DNA of 64,000 nucleotides from Rhodospirillales bacterium RIFCSPLOWO2_02_FULL_58_16 (GTDB taxonomy: Bacteria > Pseudomonadota > Alphaproteobacteria > Rhodospirillales > 2-02-FULL-58-16), in assembly GCA_001830425.1 (NCBI GenBank), contig MIAA01000016.1, positions 236,015 to 300,014 on the forward strand, written 5' to 3'. Shown one piece after another: positions 31,839-40,054 of this stretch (position 1 is its first letter; the number at the start of each line of letters is the position of its first letter). The notes beneath the pieces are model-generated. The model ran no database searches. It saw only the letters and a list, made by a program, of their open reading frames with translations, and was not told where the DNA came from. The translations under genes and the position numbers were made by a program.

Positions 31839-32860
31839 TCCGGCGAATGGTTCGTCTGGTTATTGAAAATTTCGCCCAAGATAATTGGAACCGGCTGGTC
31901 GGCGGCTTTCCTTCGCTTAGTCTGGGGCAGTGCTGGGAATACGCCGAAGCCAAGGCGCGCACCGGCCCGTGGCGCGTAGAGCGAGGCCTGTTCCTTGATG
32001 GCGATCAGCCGGTCGGCGCTTTTCAGGCCTTGGTTCGCCTCCTCCCCGCCGGACTCCCCGGCGGCTTGGTCTGGATTAATCGCGGGCCGTTGTGGCGCGG
32101 CGGCGAACAGACGCAGTTCCTTGAAATCATGAAATCGTTGCGTAGCCATTATGCCGACAAGCGCGGCATGTATCTGCGCGTAGCGCCGCCCGTTCTTGAC
32201 GGCGCGTTGACCGTCGGCGATATACGCGCATCCGGCTTTATGCCTACGAAAACGCTCGGCTGGGCCTCGGCGGCGCTTGACCTGACGCCGCCGGAGGAGG
32301 ACTTGCGAAGAAACCTGAAAAGCAAATGGCGCGGCCCCCTCAACCATAGCGAACGGGGCGATCTGGAAATCAAGACGGGGTCGCAAGGAAAGGTCTTTCA
32401 GAATTTTCTTGAAGAACATGACCGGCTGATCGCCGGCAGGGGTTTTGCCACCAGCGTTACCGGCGAACTGCTCGCCGCCCTTCAGGACCTGTTGCCGGTC
32501 GAGCGCAAGATGGAAGTCTTTTCCGCTTACCATCAGGGGGCGGCGGCGGCCTCGGTGCTGATGGTCAAATACGGAGATGCCTGCGAGTATCTGGCAGGCA
32601 ATCTGAGCGCCGAGGGGCGGCGGCTGAACGCCGGACAATTCGTGCTGTGGCGGGCGATCATGGCAATGAAGGCTCTGGGTTGCCGGCGCCTTGATGTCGG
32701 CGGCATGGACCCGAAGCTGACGCCGGAGGGTATTTATAAATTCAAGGCGGGCGTGGCCGCCGAGCCTTACCGGCTGACCAACGAAGTCGAAGCCGTCGGC
32801 GGCGGACTTCCAGGCCGATTGGTGCGCCGGCTTGTCAATCGCGCCCGCTCCGACGGATAG
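31835..32860 (+). CDS. FemAB-family (aminoacyl-tRNA-dependent peptidyltransferase-like) GNAT-fold protein
   Basis: 'LDLTPPEEDLRRNLKSKWRGPLNHSERGDLEI' and 'YLAGN.S.EGRRLNAG..V.W.AI..MKALGCRRLDVGG......GIY.FK.G' match the FemA/B/X-like pattern. Possible starts are 31808, 31835 (ATGA overlap with the toxin stop) and 31847. Confidence 0.72.
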   Translation: MIRRMVRLVIENFAQDNWNRLVGGFPSLSLGQCWEYAEAKARTGPWRVERGLFLDGDQPVGAFQALVRLLPAGLPGGLVWINRGPLWRGGEQTQFLEIMKSLRSHYADKRGMYLRVAPPVLDGALTVGDIRASGFMPTKTLGWASAALDLTPPEEDLRRNLKSKWRGPLNHSERGDLEIKTGSQGKVFQNFLEEHDRLIAGRGFATSVTGELLAALQDLLPVERKMEVFSAYHQGAAAASVLMVKYGDACEYLAGNLSAEGRRLNAGQFVLWRAIMAMKALGCRRLDVGGMDPKLTPEGIYKFKAGVAAEPYRLTNEVEAVGGGLPGRLVRRLVNRARSDG

Positions 32861-32870
32861 GAAAGGGACC

Positions 32871-33707
32871 ATGCCAATTCTGACCCGGCTTTCCCTGCCC
32901 TGGCTATCGGCCTTGAGAACATGGCGGCTGTTCAGCGGCGGCGGAGGAGTCAGGATACTATTGTTCCACGATACGCCCAGGGACGGGTTTGAGGACTTCG
33001 GGCGTTTTGTCAAATATGTAAAACAAACCCACGGAATTTTATCTCCGCAAGAAGCGGCGGCGCGGCTTGCCGGCGGGGGGGAGGAAAACAGCAAGGAGCG
33101 GACTCCTTGCCTGTTCACTTTTGATGACGGCTTTGCCTCCAACTTCGAGTTGGCTTCCGAGGTGCTGGCGAGCCACGGGGTGACGGCGCTTTTCTTTGTC
33201 TGCCCCGGCCTCATCGGCCTCGGGGCGGACGAGCAAAGCCGACTGATCGCCGCCAATATCTTTGACGGACGGCGGCAAGCGGCCGGCAAGCGCCTGATGT
33301 CCTGGGATGAGATCGCCGAACTTAAATCCGGGGGCCATGTCATCGGCGCCCACGGCATGAATCATCTTCGTCTTACAAAATTGTCGGGGGAGGCGCTTGG
33401 CCGGGAGATTCTCGATTCCGGCGTTCAGCTCGAAGACCGTCTGGGCGACAATATCGACTGGTACGCTTACGCCTTCGGCGATATCGACAGTATTTCCGTG
33501 GATGCGTTAAAAATCATTTCGCAAAAATTCCGTTTCTGCCGCAGCGGCGTGCGCGGGGTTAATTTCCCGACTACCGATCTCCACGCCCTGCGGGCCGATC
33601 ATGTGGAAATGACGGCCCCCGCCGCCTACCGCAAGCTGATCGTCGAGGGGGGACTTCAGTTCCGCTACGCCGGGGCGCGACGGCGGCTGGACGAGATGGT
33701 TTCTTAA
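32871..33707 (+). CDS. polysaccharide deacetylase family protein
   Basis: 'FTFDDGF.SN', 'GHVIGAHG..H' and the downstream 'YAFG' are NodB-type motifs. GGAAAGGGA lies upstream of the ATG at 32871. Confidence 0.85.
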   Translation: MPILTRLSLPWLSALRTWRLFSGGGGVRILLFHDTPRDGFEDFGRFVKYVKQTHGILSPQEAAARLAGGGEENSKERTPCLFTFDDGFASNFELASEVLASHGVTALFFVCPGLIGLGADEQSRLIAANIFDGRRQAAGKRLMSWDEIAELKSGGHVIGAHGMNHLRLTKLSGEALGREILDSGVQLEDRLGDNIDWYAYAFGDIDSISVDALKIISQKFRFCRSGVRGVNFPTTDLHALRADHVEMTAPAAYRKLIVEGGLQFRYAGARRRLDEMVS

Positions 33708-34864
33708 AGTATTTTCTCACAGCAGGCGATCAGTTCGTTCATCCCCGCCGTCTGGTGGACGGGGAGCAGGACCAGGGTGCGGCGCAGGCGAATGGCGGCT
33801 TGGTGGCGGCCAGGCTCGGCCCATGCCTCCGGCGGCAGGTCGGGCCAGCTTTCCGCCGGGCAACCCCCGGCATGTAAACTATCGAACAAGGCGGCGGCGG
33901 TCGCCTCGTCGTCGCAACGCAGGACAAAGCGGTAAGGCGTGGCCTGATCGGCAATTTCCAGGGGACGACAACCCTTGAGGCCGTTCAAGGCCTGGCGCAA
34001 CGCCAGCCAATTGCGCCGCCGCGCCTTCGCCGCTGCGGGCATGATTTCCGCCGCGTCGGCCAGCATGGCGCGGGCCGTGGAGCTGATCCGGGTTTCGGGC
34101 GGCAACGGCTTGTAGGGCGGATCGTCGGCAAAGGCCGGCTTTTGCCGCCGCGCCCGCCGGGCGAGCAGCGGTTCCGGCAATATCTTTTGAAGCGTTCGCC
34201 TGATTATCCAGGCGCCGGTCAAGGCCTTTGAATAACCGCCGCCGTTTGCCGCTTCCCGTATGATCCCGGCGCCGTCCTTGGGGCGCATCAGCAAAAGCGC
34301 TCCGTCGGGGACGGCGAGAATCTTGTGAGGGCTGTAAAAAATGAAGTCGCCCTGTTCGCCGATGCCGGGCGCCGGGCCTAAGGCGTGGGCGGCGTCCTCG
34401 ATCAAATACGCGCCTGTCTCGTCGCAGAAAGAGCGGGCCGCAGCGGCGTCCGCCGGTATTCCGAAATAATGGACGATAACAAACAGGTCGGGAGCGGCAA
34501 GCGCGGCCATGGCCCGGCGCGCCTCCCGGTCGGGCCTGAGGTCCATATCTATCGGGTAAAAGACCGGCGTGACGTTTATTTCGCGCAAGGGGTAGGTGGA
34601 CTGGTTGCAGAAATAATCGGGAAGCCACAGCACGGGCTTGCGCCCCTCATGCAGGGACGACCACCAACGGACGATGGCTTTCATCGCCCATGCCGAGCGT
34701 GAAAACCAAAAGGCTTGGCCTTCGCCGCCGTCTTTTCCCCGCCACGGCGCCGCCGACGGCTCGTCATCAAGGGCGGGGCGGGCGAACGGGGCCGCCAGTT
34801 CTTTCCATGTCGGCAGGGGAGTCGTCGTTATCATTTCGCGCCTTTGGCCGGGGTTGCCATTCAT
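33704..34864 (-). CDS. DegT/DnrJ/EryC1/StrS-family PLP-dependent aminotransferase-like protein
   Basis: 'YLIEDAAHALG' and 'F.FYSPHK...' (Schiff-base Lys). Convergent with the deacetylase, sharing a TTAA stop overlap. Confidence 0.78.
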   Translation of the reverse strand: MNGNPGQRREMITTTPLPTWKELAAPFARPALDDEPSAAPWRGKDGGEGQAFWFSRSAWAMKAIVRWWSSLHEGRKPVLWLPDYFCNQSTYPLREINVTPVFYPIDMDLRPDREARRAMAALAAPDLFVIVHYFGIPADAAAARSFCDETGAYLIEDAAHALGPAPGIGEQGDFIFYSPHKILAVPDGALLLMRPKDGAGIIREAANGGGYSKALTGAWIIRRTLQKILPEPLLARRARRQKPAFADDPPYKPLPPETRISSTARAMLADAAEIMPAAAKARRRNWLALRQALNGLKGCRPLEIADQATPYRFVLRCDDEATAAALFDSLHAGGCPAESWPDLPPEAWAEPGRHQAAIRLRRTLVLLPVHQTAGMNELIACCEKIL

Positions 34865-34949
34865 TCCACCATATTGTTCTATGCCCTGATATGCTACCGT
34901 GAAACGGAGCGTTGACGCACTGAAGACGGCGAAGTATTTAACAATTATC

Positions 34950-35025
34950 GCCGCGTTAGCTCAGTTGGTAGAGCATCGCATTCGTAATGCGAGGGTCGCA
35001 AGTTCGAGTCTTGCACGCGGCACCA
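34950..35025 (+). tRNA. tRNA-Thr (anticodon CGU)
   Basis: Manual cloverleaf: acceptor GCCGCGT/ACGCGGC, D arm GCTC-AGTTGGTA-GAGC, anticodon arm TCGCA-TTCGTAA-TGCGA, T arm GCAAG-TTCGAGT-CTTGC, with an encoded CCA. Confidence 0.95.
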
Positions 35026-35046
35026 TTTGTTTTCGGGAGGATCGAG

Positions 35047-35403
35047 ATGTCCGGTAAGGATAACAGCGGCCCCGACAATGCTTCCTCCGAGTTTCTGGAG
35101 CAGTTGGAGGAATCCGGCTTTTTCCGGCAGATCAAGGACCTGGAAGGCAACCTGAGAAGAATTTCTATGGATATAAAGTCTCTCGGCGAGACCGCCACCC
35201 AGCGCCTTGAAGAAACGGAAAGTCTGGCTGCCCATATTCTTGCCATTGAGGCGATTTTGGCGGTGATGATTAAAAACAATCCTCTTGATGAGAAGGAACT
35301 GAAGGCGGCTATCGAGGATAAAACCGCCGCCCTCTCCAAGGAAGCCGCCGGAAACTCCGCCGTGCGGGTTATCGCTGAAAATATATCAAACGGCAAAGGT
35401 TGA
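35047..35403 (+). CDS. hypothetical coiled-coil protein
   Basis: 118 aa starting 21 nt after the tRNA. GGGAGGA lies upstream of the ATG at 35047. I recognise no family. Confidence 0.5.
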   Translation: MSGKDNSGPDNASSEFLEQLEESGFFRQIKDLEGNLRRISMDIKSLGETATQRLEETESLAAHILAIEAILAVMIKNNPLDEKELKAAIEDKTAALSKEAAGNSAVRVIAENISNGKG

Positions 35404-35430
35404 TAATGAATAAAGTCTGCTGATATATAT

Positions 35431-35457
35431 ATTTAGAGCTATTCTAAATGATATAAT
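35431..35457 (+). promoter_or_regulatory. perfect palindrome ATTTAGA-gctat-TCTAAAT abutting a TATAAT box upstream of the peroxiredoxin gene
   Basis: Read directly: palindrome at 35431-35449 and TATAAT at 35452-35457, in an AT-rich 80-bp spacer. The regulator is unknown. Confidence 0.35.
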
Positions 35458-35482
35458 ATGATTTAATTTGGAGGGGGTTTCC

Positions 35483-36043
35483 ATGAAGAAAGCGGTCACG
35501 AAAAAAGTGGTTGCAAAGAAAGTTGTCGCAAAGAAAGCGGGCATTAAAAAAGCCGGCCAAAGAGTTCCCAACGTAACTTTCCACACCCGCGCCGACGGCA
35601 AGTGGGTCGATGTAACCACCTCGGAAATATTCGGCGGCAAGACGGTTGTCGTTTTTGCGCTGCCCGGCGCCTTTACCCCGACCTGCTCGTCCACCCATCT
35701 TCCCGGCTACAAGGCCATGTCCAAGTTCATCAAGGCCGAAGGGGTCGATGACATTTACTGCCTGTCGGTCAATGACTCGTTTGTCATGAACGCCTGGGGG
35801 AAAGACCAGAAAATAAACAACGAAATAAAATTCATCCCCGACGGCAGCGGCCGTTTTTCCAAGGGCATGGGCCTTCTGGTCAACAAGGATGTGATCGGGT
35901 TCGGCCACCGTTCATGGCGGTATTCCATGCTGGTCGTTAACGGGGTCATCGAAAAGATGTTCGTTGAAAATTCCAAAGAACCAGGCGATCCCTTCAAGGT
36001 CAGCGACGCCGGAACCATGCTTGAGTACCTGAAGTCGCGTTAG
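35483..36043 (+). CDS. Prx5-type peroxiredoxin with a lysine-rich N-terminal extension
   Basis: '[43 protein letters not shown]' is very close to Prx5/PrxGrx-type enzymes. GGAGGGGG lies 5 nt upstream of the ATG at 35483. The first ~25 aa read [24 protein letters not shown]. Confidence 0.9.
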   Translation: MKKAVTKKVVAKKVVAKKAGIKKAGQRVPNVTFHTRADGKWVDVTTSEIFGGKTVVVFALPGAFTPTCSSTHLPGYKAMSKFIKAEGVDDIYCLSVNDSFVMNAWGKDQKINNEIKFIPDGSGRFSKGMGLLVNKDVIGFGHRSWRYSMLVVNGVIEKMFVENSKEPGDPFKVSDAGTMLEYLKSR

Positions 36044-36690
36044 TGGCGGGGGTGCTTATCGACTTCAGAACGGTGCAACTTCTGTGTTCGCGTCTTTGCC
36101 ATGACCTTATCGGCCCCGCCGGCGCCGTAAATGCCGGATTGGAAGTCCTGGAAGATGCCGCAGACGATGATGGAGAAGCAGCGGCCCTGGTCGCTGACAG
36201 CGCCCGTCAACTGTCCGGTCGTTTGGCTTTCTTCCGCATGGCCTTCGGCCAGGGCGCCGGCGCCGTTGCCTCGCTCGTTCAAACCCGCAGTCTGGCTGCG
36301 GGTTTGATTGACGGCAACCGCGTAACCATGGACTGGCCCGAAGATACATACGCCGCCGGGAACCTGCCGCGAGGCGGAGCGGCGCTCATTCTCAACCTGA
36401 TTCTGCTGAGTATGGATTCCCTGCCCCGTGGCGGCGAGTTGAGCGTCCGTCCGGCCGATCTTTCCGAGGGAATGGGAATCGCCGTCACGGCGAAAGGCCC
36501 GGGAGCGCGCCTCAGGGATGACATCCGCGCCGCCATGGCCGCCGATGTGTCTTCGGGCGATCTCACGGCGCATAATGTCCACGGCTATTTCACCATGCGT
36601 CTGGCCGAGAGCCTTAATACCGATATCGAAATTTCCGACGACATGAAAAATGAGGTGCGCATGGCCGCCCTGATGTCCGTCGGCAAATGA
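36043..36690 (+). CDS. ChpT-like histidine phosphotransferase
   Basis: 'LLCSRLCHDLIGPAGAVNAGLEVL' matches the ChpT/HPTransfase motif around the phospho-His. The GTG start overlaps the peroxiredoxin stop (TAGTG). Confidence 0.8.
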   Translation: MAGVLIDFRTVQLLCSRLCHDLIGPAGAVNAGLEVLEDAADDDGEAAALVADSARQLSGRLAFFRMAFGQGAGAVASLVQTRSLAAGLIDGNRVTMDWPEDTYAAGNLPRGGAALILNLILLSMDSLPRGGELSVRPADLSEGMGIAVTAKGPGARLRDDIRAAMAADVSSGDLTAHNVHGYFTMRLAESLNTDIEISDDMKNEVRMAALMSVGK

Positions 36691-36793
36691 TTTCTTTTTG
36701 ATAATTAAAGACTTATGTGGTTATATTGCGCTCACAGTCGGTTAGTTCGGATATTTTTCGCCGACTTGTCCGTTCCGCAAGAGGAAAATAATT

Positions 36794-39529
36794 ATGGATG
36801 ACCTGTTAACTGAATTCCTTACGGAAACTACCGAAAGTCTGGCCGTCATTGACGCCGAGCTTGTCAAGTTCGAGCAAAATCCCAACGACAAGGCGATTCT
36901 TTCCAATATTTTCCGCCTGGTGCATACCATCAAAGGCACCTGCGGGTTCCTCGGTCTGCCGCGCCTGGAAAAGGTCGCTCACGCCGGAGAGGACGTGCTT
37001 GGCCTGTACCGTGACGGAAAACTTAAAGTAACTCCCGAGTCGGTAACGGTTATCCTTAAATGCATCGACAGAATTAAGGCGCTTCTGGAAAAGCTTGAAG
37101 CCTCCGGCGAGGAACAGGAAGGCGAAGACAGCGAGCTGATCAGCGAATTAAGGGGCCTGATCGGCGGCGCCTCGACGCCCAAGCCCGTGCCGTTGGGAGC
37201 GGCCCCCGTATTCAGCGCTCCCGGCATTGCGGTAAACGCCACCGGCGCTCCCGTAGCGGCCGAACTGCTGGCCGAAGTCGAAGCCGCCATGGCCGCCGGC
37301 GCCAAAGCGGCAAGCGATGAGCAAATCGCCGCCGAGAATGCCGCCAAGCTCGCCGCCGAGAAAGGCGAATTGCCCGCCCCCGTCGATGAAAAGTCCGTGG
37401 CGACGGCAGAGGCAAAGGTTCCGGCGGCGCCGAAAAAGACGGCTCCTCCCGCCGAGAAGAAGGACGGCGAATCCAAGGAATCCGCCATTGCCGCCCAGTC
37501 TATCCGCGTCAACGTCGATCTGCTTGAGAACCTGATGACTCTGGTCAGCGAATTGGTGCTGACCCGCAACCAGCTTTTGCAGATGGTGCGCGGTCACGAC
37601 GACAGTGAATTTCATGTGCCGTTGCAGCGCTTGAGCCATATCACCAGCGATCTTCAGGAAGGGGTGATGAAAACGCGCATGCAGCCTATCGGCAACGCCT
37701 GGGCCAAGCTGCCGCGCATCGTGCGCGATCTTTCGGTTGAAACCCACAAGAAGATCGACCTTCAGATGATCGGCCAGGAGACCGAACTTGACCGGCAGGT
37801 TCTGGAATTAATCAAGGACCCGCTTACCCATATGGTTCGCAATTCCGCCGATCACGGATTGGAAACTCCGCCCGACCGCACGGCGGCGGGCAAGCTCGAA
37901 ATGGGCAAGATCGTTCTCGAAGCCTTCCATGAAGGCGGTCATATTATTATTCGCATCGCCGATGACGGACGCGGCCTCAATATGGGCAGGATCAAAGCCA
38001 AAGTTATCGAGAACGGGCTGGCCGGCGAGTCCGAACTGGAGGCGATGACCGATGAACAAATCCAGCAATTCATCCTTCGGCCCGGCTTCTCCACCGCAGC
38101 GAAAATCACCAGCGTCTCCGGTCGCGGCGTCGGCATGGATGTGGTAAAGACAAACATTGAAAAAATCGGCGGCACCATCGAATTCAAGTCGGTGGAAGGA
38201 AAAGGTTCAACCTTTACTATCAAGATTCCTCTGACTCTGGCTATCGTCTCGGCCCTGGTCGTCGCCTGCGGCAACGAACGCTTCGCCATTCCTCAAATCA
38301 GCGTTCTGGAGTTGGTGCGCACGTCCGCCCATTCCGATAACACTATTGAGATGATTAATGACTCTCCCGTGTTGCGGTTGCGCAACAGACTGTTGCCGCT
38401 GGTGTCCCTGCAAAATCTTCTGAAGCTTGGCGACAGGAAAGATGCGACCCGGGAAGAACTCTTTATTGTGGTTACCCAGGTCGGCAGTTATACATTCGGC
38501 GTCATTGTTGATCGGGTTTTTGACACTGAAGAAATCGTGGTCAAGCCGGTTTCGCCGATCTTGCGGGAAATTCCTTTTTATTCGGGCAACACCATCCTCG
38601 GCGACGGCAGCGTTATCATGATTCTTGATCCTAACGGCATTGCCGCCGCTTCCGGCCAAGGCGCCGGCGGCGATGCGGCATCCTCGGAACCTGTCGCCAT
38701 CGAGCATGGCGATGAGAAAACCTCCATGCTCATTTTCAGCGCCGGCGGAAAAGAGCTGAGGGCGGTGCCGCTGGCTCTTGTGGCAAGGCTGGAGGAAATC
38801 GACATGGCGTCCACGGAGGTTTCTCATAACCAGATCGTGGTCCAATACCGTGATCACCTGATGCCGCTGATCCCCTTCAACACGGCTCACCAGTGGAAAA
38901 AAGACGGCCGGCAACCGATTTTGGTCTTCACTGATCGCAAGCATTCCATGGGGCTGGTGGTTGATACTATCGTTGACATTGTCGAGGAGCGCCTCAATAT
39001 CGAGTTGGCCTCGAATATGCCCGGCATTATCGGCAGCGCCATTATCAACGGCAAGGCTACCGACGTTATCGACGCCGGTTTCTTCCTGACCCAGGCTTTC
39101 TCCGATTGGTTCGGCGCCGAGGAATCAAAAAACCCCGCCGGCAAAGACAATCACAGCAAGCGTGTGCTGCTGGTGGATGACAGTCCGTTTTTCCGTAATC
39201 TCCTGGCGCCGCTCCTGTCGGTTGCCGGATACAAGGTGACAACCTCCGAGAGCGCCCAGCTTGCGCTCAAGTTGCTTGAGGGAGGCGCCGCCTACGACGT
39301 CATTATCAGCGATATCGAAATGCCCGGGATGAACGGATTTGAATTCGCCGAGACGGTGCGCGCCGACGCCAGATGGAAAAACGTGCCGATGATCGCTCTT
39401 TCCTCGCACGCGACCGAGCAGGATTTTGAGCGGGGCCGCAAGGTCGGCTTTAATGACTATGTCGCCAAATTCGACCGCGAGGCTTTGGTCGGCACGCTTG
39501 CCGGCACCGTGCTTGCGGCAACATCGTAA
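36794..39529 (+). CDS. cheA: hybrid chemotaxis histidine kinase CheA (Hpt-dimerisation-HATPase-CheW-CheW-REC)
   Basis: Hpt domain 'FRLVHTIKG' and an HATPase domain with N/G boxes (HMVRNSADHG, GRGVGMDVV). Two consecutive CheW-like segments follow. The C-terminal receiver reads VLLVDDSPF...DVIISDIEMPGMNG. Confidence 0.95.
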   Translation: MDDLLTEFLTETTESLAVIDAELVKFEQNPNDKAILSNIFRLVHTIKGTCGFLGLPRLEKVAHAGEDVLGLYRDGKLKVTPESVTVILKCIDRIKALLEKLEASGEEQEGEDSELISELRGLIGGASTPKPVPLGAAPVFSAPGIAVNATGAPVAAELLAEVEAAMAAGAKAASDEQIAAENAAKLAAEKGELPAPVDEKSVATAEAKVPAAPKKTAPPAEKKDGESKESAIAAQSIRVNVDLLENLMTLVSELVLTRNQLLQMVRGHDDSEFHVPLQRLSHITSDLQEGVMKTRMQPIGNAWAKLPRIVRDLSVETHKKIDLQMIGQETELDRQVLELIKDPLTHMVRNSADHGLETPPDRTAAGKLEMGKIVLEAFHEGGHIIIRIADDGRGLNMGRIKAKVIENGLAGESELEAMTDEQIQQFILRPGFSTAAKITSVSGRGVGMDVVKTNIEKIGGTIEFKSVEGKGSTFTIKIPLTLAIVSALVVACGNERFAIPQISVLELVRTSAHSDNTIEMINDSPVLRLRNRLLPLVSLQNLLKLGDRKDATREELFIVVTQVGSYTFGVIVDRVFDTEEIVVKPVSPILREIPFYSGNTILGDGSVIMILDPNGIAAASGQGAGGDAASSEPVAIEHGDEKTSMLIFSAGGKELRAVPLALVARLEEIDMASTEVSHNQIVVQYRDHLMPLIPFNTAHQWKKDGRQPILVFTDRKHSMGLVVDTIVDIVEERLNIELASNMPGIIGSAIINGKATDVIDAGFFLTQAFSDWFGAEESKNPAGKDNHSKRVLLVDDSPFFRNLLAPLLSVAGYKVTTSESAQLALKLLEGGAAYDVIISDIEMPGMNGFEFAETVRADARWKNVPMIALSSHATEQDFERGRKVGFNDYVAKFDREALVGTLAGTVLAATS

Positions 39530-39669
39530 TTGAAACGCCGTCTGCGCCGTCGCCGTTTGTGCTTGACGCAGCAGGGGTTTTGTTGATTTTAGTAACTATA
39601 ATTTAAACGGCTCGGGCGGATTTCGGCAAACGGGCCGTTGTTTTGCCCTTGGGGGGGACGAAGAAGCAC

Positions 39670-40035
39670 ATGAAGACTTGTCTGATCGTTGATGATTCCA
39701 AGGTCATTCGAATGGTGGCCCGGAAGATCCTGCAGGAGCTGAAATTTGAAACGGTGGAAGCTGCGGACGGCAAGGCCGCCCTCGATTCCTGCAAGAGCAA
39801 AATGCCCGAGGCGGTTCTGCTTGACTGGAATATGCCGATAATGAGCGGTATTGAGTTTCTCAGAGAAATGCGCGCATTGCCCGGGGGCAACACGCCGGTC
39901 GTAGTTTTCTGCACCACCGAGAACGATATTGAACACATTCAGGAAGCCATTGAGGCCGGGGCTAATGAATACATAATGAAGCCCTTTGACAGCGAGATCA
40001 TTCAGGCAAAGTTTGCTCAAGTCGGTTTGCTGTAA
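39670..40035 (+). CDS. cheY: chemotaxis response regulator CheY
   Basis: 121-aa single receiver domain (LIVDDS...LLDWNMP.MSG....K). I chose the ATG at 39670. Confidence 0.92.
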   Translation: MKTCLIVDDSKVIRMVARKILQELKFETVEAADGKAALDSCKSKMPEAVLLDWNMPIMSGIEFLREMRALPGGNTPVVVFCTTENDIEHIQEAIEAGANEYIMKPFDSEIIQAKFAQVGLL

Positions 40036-40054
40036 ATTTCCCTGGGGGTAGCCC

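Noticed and set aside
31793-33358. 521-aa minus-strand ORF, the longest unassigned ORF in the window
   Set aside because: It is antisense to two + strand genes with clear family signatures (FemAB-like and NodB deacetylase). Its translation is Arg/Pro/Gly-rich with no recognisable domain. This is a typical antisense open frame in GC-rich DNA.
34950-35025. tRNA-Thr as an integration site of a genomic island with an integrase
   Set aside because: No integrase gene lies in the islet. By eye I found no direct repeat of the tRNA 3' end around 30.6-31.0 kb. The islet idea is kept only as a compositional and gene-content observation.
36730-36745. Sigma-54-like TGG...TGC motif upstream of cheA
   Set aside because: The GG-to-GC spacing is 3 nt shorter than the -24/-12 consensus.
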